Source: an uncultured Alphaproteobacteria bacterium
GTDB lineage: Bacteria; Pseudomonadota; Alphaproteobacteria; HIMB59; GCA-002718135
DNA: 64,000 nucleotides
Reading direction: 5' to 3'
Assembly (NCBI GenBank): GCA_902584805.1
Contig: CACIBE010000006.1
Span: 26,638-90,637, forward strand
Made by a program: the position numbers and the translations under genes. The notes beneath the pieces are model-generated. The model was not told the DNA's origin, did no database searches, and saw only the letters and a program-made list of their open reading frames with translations. Numbering within the stretch: position 1 is the stretch's first letter; every line of letters starts with the position of its first letter. Shown in pieces: positions 59,221 to 64,000 of the stretch.

Positions 59221-60870
59221 ATGACTATCAATATTTCAATACAAGATGTAGGGCAAAACTTACATCCCAAAATAACAGTTTTGGGAGTAGGTGGATCTGG
59301 CGGAAATGCAGTTAACAATATGATTAATGCTAATTTAGAAGGTGTAGATTTTTTAATAGCAAATACAGATGCACAAGCTTTACAAATTTCAAGTTGTCCA
59401 AATAAAATTCAATTAGGATTAAACAGCACCAAAGGTTTGGGTGCGGGAATGAGACCTGACATTGGAAGACAGGCAGCAGAAGAAGCAATTCAAGATCTAA
59501 GTGAAAAGTTTGAGGGTAGTCATATGCTATTTATAGCTGCTGGAATGGGTGGTGGTACTGGCACAGGAGCTGCACCAGTAATTGCTAAACTAGCAAGAGA
59601 AAAAGGAATATTAACTGTAGGTGTAGTAACTAAACCTTTTCATTTTGAAGGCTCTCAAAGAATGAAGTTAGCTGACAAAGGAATTGAAGAACTGCAACAG
59701 TATGTTGATACATTATTAACAATACCTAATCAAAATTTATTTAGAATTGCTAATGAAAAAACTACATTTTCTGATGCATTTAAGATGGCAGATGATGTTT
59801 TATATGCAGGTGTTAGAGGCGTAACTGATCTTATGGTTCAACCTGGAATGATAAATTTAGATTTCTCAGATATCAAAACTGTAATGTCTGAAATGGGTAA
59901 AGCTATGATGGGCACTGGTGAAGCACAAGGTGAAGGTAGAGCAATTGCAGCTGCTGAAGCAGCTATTGCAAACCCATTAATTGATGACGTGTCCTTAAAA
60001 GGTGCAAAAGGTCTAATAATAAATATTACCGGCGGTAAAGACATTACATTGTATGAAGTTGATGAGGCTGCAAATAGGATCAAACAAGAAGTAGATGAGG
60101 AAGCAAATATTATTTATGGAACTACTTGCGACGATAGACTTGAAGGTGTTGTTAGAGTTAGCATTGTTGCTACAGGCATTGACGCAAACAATAATAAATC
60201 AACTAAACCGATAGAAAGCTTTGCACCAATAAATATAAATAATGATATTTATAAACAAGATATAGAAAAATCTGAGTTATTGTCTGAAAGTACTATCTTA
60301 CAGGAAAATTTTTCACAAGATGGGAGCATTCTAGATGAAGAGATTAATGACATAGCAAATGAAGGAAAGCTCAATAATCAAAGTTCTGATAATATTCATG
60401 TAGATGAGCAAACAAATACTAACCAAATAGAGATTTCTAGCTTCGAAGAAAGTATTAATGATAAGGCATTTGTTCAAAATGAAGTTACAGAAACTTTAGA
60501 TCAAATTGAAACTGATAATATCTCTGGGGAAGTATCAAGCTCATCTATTGATATAGATAAAACAAATGAAGCAAGTGTAAGAAGGTTAAGTTTATTTGAT
60601 ACCCTTTCTACTGAAAATAAATCTGAAGATACAGCTGTAGAAAATGATATTATTACAAAGACTGAACCTGTTTTTGCCTCTTCAGAGGAAAAGATTGAAG
60701 AAAATGACTCTAAGGATAACAATTCTGAAGATGATAATTTAAGTATTGTTAAAAAAGAGGAATTCAGTGCTGAAGAGAGTGAAAATTCTGAAATAGATGA
60801 TGAGTTCAATCAGGAAACAGAGGAAGAACTTTTAGATATACCAACTTTCCTTAGAAGACAGGCTAATTAG
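59221..60870 (+). CDS. ftsZ: Cell division protein FtsZ (long acidic linker, alphaproteobacterial type)
   Basis: [36 protein letters not shown]-terminal [12 protein letters not shown]. Confidence 0.98.
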   Translation: MTINISIQDVGQNLHPKITVLGVGGSGGNAVNNMINANLEGVDFLIANTDAQALQISSCPNKIQLGLNSTKGLGAGMRPDIGRQAAEEAIQDLSEKFEGSHMLFIAAGMGGGTGTGAAPVIAKLAREKGILTVGVVTKPFHFEGSQRMKLADKGIEELQQYVDTLLTIPNQNLFRIANEKTTFSDAFKMADDVLYAGVRGVTDLMVQPGMINLDFSDIKTVMSEMGKAMMGTGEAQGEGRAIAAAEAAIANPLIDDVSLKGAKGLIINITGGKDITLYEVDEAANRIKQEVDEEANIIYGTTCDDRLEGVVRVSIVATGIDANNNKSTKPIESFAPININNDIYKQDIEKSELLSESTILQENFSQDGSILDEEINDIANEGKLNNQSSDNIHVDEQTNTNQIEISSFEESINDKAFVQNEVTETLDQIETDNISGEVSSSSIDIDKTNEASVRRLSLFDTLSTENKSEDTAVENDIITKTEPVFASSEEKIEENDSKDNNSEDDNLSIVKKEEFSAEESENSEIDDEFNQETEEELLDIPTFLRRQAN

Positions 60871-60939
60871 TAAATAAACTATTATCTGCAATATTTTGAA
60901 ATATTAGGTTAGTTGTTAAGAACGTCAAAAATATGTAAA

Positions 60940-60967
60940 AAAAAAGTGCTGAAAACAGCACTTTTTT
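60940..60967. terminator. Bidirectional intrinsic-terminator-like hairpin between ftsZ and lpxC
   Basis: AAAAAAGTGCTG-aaaa-CAGCACTTTTTT. Confidence 0.75.
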
Positions 60968-60970
60968 AAA

Positions 60971-61843
60971 ATGATAGACATATTAAATATTTCTAAAAAT
61001 CAACAAACAATAGCTGAACCAGTATCAATTAATGGAATAGGATTGCATTCAGGAGTAGATGTTACAATGAAGTTATATCCTGCTGAAGCTGATTATGGAA
61101 TAAAGTTTATCCGAAAGGATCTGAATAAAAATAACATCATTGAAGCTATATGGTCAAATGTAACTAATACAAAATTAAGCACAACTATAAGTAATCAAAA
61201 TGGCGCAAGTGTCTCAACAATTGAACATTTGATGAGTGCTTTGTCTGGACTACACATAGATAATATCAAAATTGAAATTGATGGACCAGAAGTCCCAATA
61301 ATGGATGGAAGTTCAATAAAGTTTGTTGATCTTATTGATCAAACATCCACCCAAAGTTTAAATAAAAGAAGAAAAATTTTAAAAGTTAAAAAAAATATTA
61401 AAGTAGAAAATAACGACTCATCTGTAGAATTAAGACCAAATAATCAATTTTCAATTGATTTTGAAATTGATTTTCCTAGTAAATTAGTCAGTAAACAAAG
61501 CTGTCAACTACAACTTGTAAACGGAAACTATAAAACTGATATTGCATCAGCACGTACTTTTGGATTTGAAAGAGATGTCGATATGCTTAGATCAAATGGT
61601 TTAGCACTAGGGGGTTCTTTAGATAACGCTGTTGTTGTTGGAGAAAGTAAAATACTTAATTCAGATGGATTGCGCTTTAAGGATGAGTTTGTAAGACATA
61701 AAATTCTTGATTCTATAGGAGATTTATATTTAGCAGGAGCTCCAATTCATGGATATTTTTTAGGTAACAAATCAGGTCATCATCTAAACAACTTATTATT
61801 AAGGTCTTTATTTGCTGATAAAAATAACTACGAATATATTTAG
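60971..61843 (+). CDS. lpxC: UDP-3-O-acyl-GlcNAc deacetylase
   Basis: GIGLHSG, TIEHLMSAL, EVPIMDGS, ARTFGF, GGSLDNA, VRHKILD, KSGH. Confidence 0.96.
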   Translation: MIDILNISKNQQTIAEPVSINGIGLHSGVDVTMKLYPAEADYGIKFIRKDLNKNNIIEAIWSNVTNTKLSTTISNQNGASVSTIEHLMSALSGLHIDNIKIEIDGPEVPIMDGSSIKFVDLIDQTSTQSLNKRRKILKVKKNIKVENNDSSVELRPNNQFSIDFEIDFPSKLVSKQSCQLQLVNGNYKTDIASARTFGFERDVDMLRSNGLALGGSLDNAVVVGESKILNSDGLRFKDEFVRHKILDSIGDLYLAGAPIHGYFLGNKSGHHLNNLLLRSLFADKNNYEYI

Positions 61844-63229
61844 TTAAATCATTTTCTTTGGATCAACTATCTTATCAAATTCTTTTTCAGAAATTAATTT
61901 TAATTTTAATGCTGCTTCTTTAAGAGTCAAATTTTCATTAAATGCTTTTTTTGCAATTTTTGCTGCATTATCATATCCAATAGTTTTATTTAGGGCAGTT
62001 ACAAGCATTAAAGAATTATTTAAATGATTATCAATCATTATTTTATTTGCCTTTAATCCTTTTAAACAATTTTTATTAAAACTTTTTATTCCATCATTAA
62101 TAAGATTAATAGATTGAATTATATTCAAGGCTATAACTGGCTTATACGCATTTAATTGAAAGTGACCATTTGAACCTGCAATATCTACTGTTGTACTATT
62201 TCCAATTACTTGAACGCAGACCATACTCAATGCTTCAATTTGAGTTGGATTTATTTTTCCTGGCATTATTGATGATCCGGGTTCATTTGCTGGTAATATC
62301 AATTCTCCTAAACCTGATCTAGGTCCAGATGCTAAAAATCTAATGTCATTTATTATTTTTAATAATGAAATTGATAAAGTTTTTAAAGAATTTGAAAAAT
62401 TAATTAGTGGGTCATGAGAAGCTAAAGACTCAAATTTATTTTGAGCAGGTTTATAATTATCCCTAGTAAGTTTATTCAAATATTTACAAAATACTTTATC
62501 AAATTTTTTTGGTGCATTAATTCCAGAACCTACAGCAGTGCCACCCTGAGCAAGATATTTTAATTCTAATTTTGAAACTTCTATTCTTTTTAAACAAGCT
62601 TGTAATTGAGTGCAAAAAGCAGAAAATTCATTACCTAAAGTAATTGGCGTTGCATCTTGAGTATGCGTTCTTCCTATTTTAATTATATTTTGAAATATTT
62701 TTTTCTTTTTTTGAAATTCTTTTATTAAGTCTTTTAGATTTGGAATCAAATCTTTTATTGACAACTCATTAATTGCAACATGCATAATTGTTGGAAAGGT
62801 ATCATTTGATGATTGAGATAAATTTACATGATCATTTGGATGAATAGGTTTTTTACTTCCAATTTTTCCTTTTAATTTTTTGATAATATGATTACTAATT
62901 ACTTCATTTGCATTCATATTAGTTTGAGTTCCAGATCCAGTTTGCCATACTGATAATGGAAACTCTTCAATAAGTTTTAAATTTATAATATCATCGCAAG
63001 CTTTTGATATTAATGATCCCAATTTTTTATCTATTACACCTAGTTCCATGTTAGCTTCCGCAGCTGCTTTCTTTTGTTGACCCAATGCGACAATCAATTC
63101 TGACGGTATTTTTTCACTGCCAATTATAAAATTTTCTAAGGATCTTTGAGTTTGCGCACCCCAAAGTTTATTTTTATCAATTTTTTTGGAACCTAAACTA
63201 TCAAATTCTATTCTTTTTTTATTAGCCAT
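61844..63229 (-). CDS. fumC: Fumarate hydratase class II
   Basis: WGAQTQRS, WQTGSGTQTNMN, HPNDHVN.SQSSND, GSSIMPGKINPTQ. Confidence 0.97.
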   Translation of the reverse strand: MANKKRIEFDSLGSKKIDKNKLWGAQTQRSLENFIIGSEKIPSELIVALGQQKKAAAEANMELGVIDKKLGSLISKACDDIINLKLIEEFPLSVWQTGSGTQTNMNANEVISNHIIKKLKGKIGSKKPIHPNDHVNLSQSSNDTFPTIMHVAINELSIKDLIPNLKDLIKEFQKKKKIFQNIIKIGRTHTQDATPITLGNEFSAFCTQLQACLKRIEVSKLELKYLAQGGTAVGSGINAPKKFDKVFCKYLNKLTRDNYKPAQNKFESLASHDPLINFSNSLKTLSISLLKIINDIRFLASGPRSGLGELILPANEPGSSIMPGKINPTQIEALSMVCVQVIGNSTTVDIAGSNGHFQLNAYKPVIALNIIQSINLINDGIKSFNKNCLKGLKANKIMIDNHLNNSLMLVTALNKTIGYDNAAKIAKKAFNENLTLKEAALKLKLISEKEFDKIVDPKKMI

Positions 63230-63271
63230 TACTTACTTAACAAACTCTTTATAACATATTATAAGTAACTT

Positions 63272-63901
63272 ATGAACAAACTTGTTTTACTTAGACATGG
63301 TCAAAGTCAGTGGAATTTAGAAAATAGATTTACTGGCTGGAAAGATGTTCCATTAACTGAAAAAGGTATTAATGAAGCTAATAATGCAGGACATTTATTA
63401 AAAAAACATAATATAAAAATTGATAAAGTTTTTAGTAGTGTTTTAGAAAGAGCAAATAAAACAGCAGAAATAGCTATAAAGGCATCAGAGATAGAAAATT
63501 TATATAAAAATGGAAAATTAATTTATGAAAAAAACCAAAATCTAAATGAGAGGGATTATGGAGATTTAGTTGGGTTAAATAAAGCTGAAACTGCTGATAA
63601 ATTTGGGAAAGAACAAGTACACATATGGAGAAGATCTTATGATACACCGCCTCCAAATGGGGAAAGTCTCAAGGATGTGGTAGATCGAGTTTCTCCTTAC
63701 TTTACTGAAACAATACAACCACATATTTTAAATAAAAAAAATGTTTTAATTGCAGCACATGGTAATTCCTTAAGAGCAATTATGATTAAAGTTGGTATGT
63801 ACAAACCTGAAGAAATATCTTCAATAGAACTACCAACAGGTAGCCCATTATGTATAGACTACCAAAATGGTGAATTAATTGAGCATTATTACTTAGATTA
63901 A
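63272..63901 (+). CDS. gpmA: 2,3-bisphosphoglycerate-dependent phosphoglycerate mutase
   Basis: LRHGQSQWN, FTGW, LNERDYG, WRRSYD.PPP.GESL, AHGNSLR. Confidence 0.95.
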   Translation: MNKLVLLRHGQSQWNLENRFTGWKDVPLTEKGINEANNAGHLLKKHNIKIDKVFSSVLERANKTAEIAIKASEIENLYKNGKLIYEKNQNLNERDYGDLVGLNKAETADKFGKEQVHIWRRSYDTPPPNGESLKDVVDRVSPYFTETIQPHILNKKNVLIAAHGNSLRAIMIKVGMYKPEEISSIELPTGSPLCIDYQNGELIEHYYLD

Positions 63902-64000
63902 TTTTTTTTATAATTTGAAAAATTAATTATATTATCTTTTTTTGATTTATTATTTTCCAATTTTTTATTTACTTTCTTCTGAATTTTATTTTTTTGCAAA
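63898..64000 (-). CDS. C-terminal end of a gene entering from the right edge, probably alphaproteobacterial SspB (ClpXP adaptor)
   Basis: Open frame on the minus strand ...LQKNKIQKKVNKKLENNKSKKDNIINFSNYKKN*; the tail resembles the SspB-alpha ClpX-binding motif (VVSLDxFRKK-like); only ~33 codons visible. Confidence 0.45.
   Translation of the reverse strand, partial: LQKNKIQKKVNKKLENNKSKKDNIINFSNYKKN

Noticed and set aside
60180-60830. Very long acidic FtsZ linker
   Set aside because: Normal for alphaproteobacterial FtsZ.
3639-63656. The other short (60-103 aa) ORFs nested in or antisense to long genes, e.g. 3639-3917, 4050-4325, 9434-9721, 26573-27198, 39744-40277, 59838-60809
   Set aside because: They lie almost wholly within well-supported genes, and their composition mirrors the opposite or shifted frame.
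1-64000. Poly-A/T tracts as phase-variation sites; CRISPR arrays, prophage, IS elements, alternative genetic code
   Set aside because: Homopolymers are expected at this AT content and no frameshifted gene was seen; no repeat-spacer array or mobility gene was found; conserved genes are full length under code 11 with TGA as stop.

Overview
AT-rich, tightly packed chromosome segment of a genome-streamlined alphaproteobacterium. Composition, gene order and sugar-transporter content suggest a marine SAR11/HIMB59 (AEGEAN-169)-like lineage, but that placement is inference. There are three parts. (1) 1-6.6 kb is core: carB'/carA, then yqeY-dnaG-rpoD plus an RNase Z-like hydrolase. (2) 6.6-35.6 kb is a ~29 kb carbohydrate-utilisation region with no regulator. 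It holds a PhyH dioxygenase/MocD-like/GH4/degenerate PanB operon, a Sinorhizobium-type melA-agpABCD alpha-galactoside operon ending in a flavin-dependent halogenase homologue, tRNA-Ile2(CAT), an MFS gene, fba, a PhyH-fold enzyme with a halogenase-like HxG iron motif, two CUT1 sugar ABC systems (one with a fused permease), two Gfo/Idh/MocA oxidoreductases, an aldo/keto reductase, a TIM-barrel sugar isomerase/lyase and a GH1 beta-glucosidase. (3) 35.6-64 kb is core: mlaC/mlaA, uvrD, ligA, bamD, an amidase, RNase P RNA, the full dcw cluster mraZ-ftsZ, lpxC, fumC, gpmA and a probable sspB tail. No CRISPR array, integrase, transposase or prophage was seen. The best leads are two unrelated halogenase-signature enzymes embedded among the sugar importers and a possible oxidative demethylation/C1 operon for modified galactosides. 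All functional calls come from motif reading and recall, not database searches.
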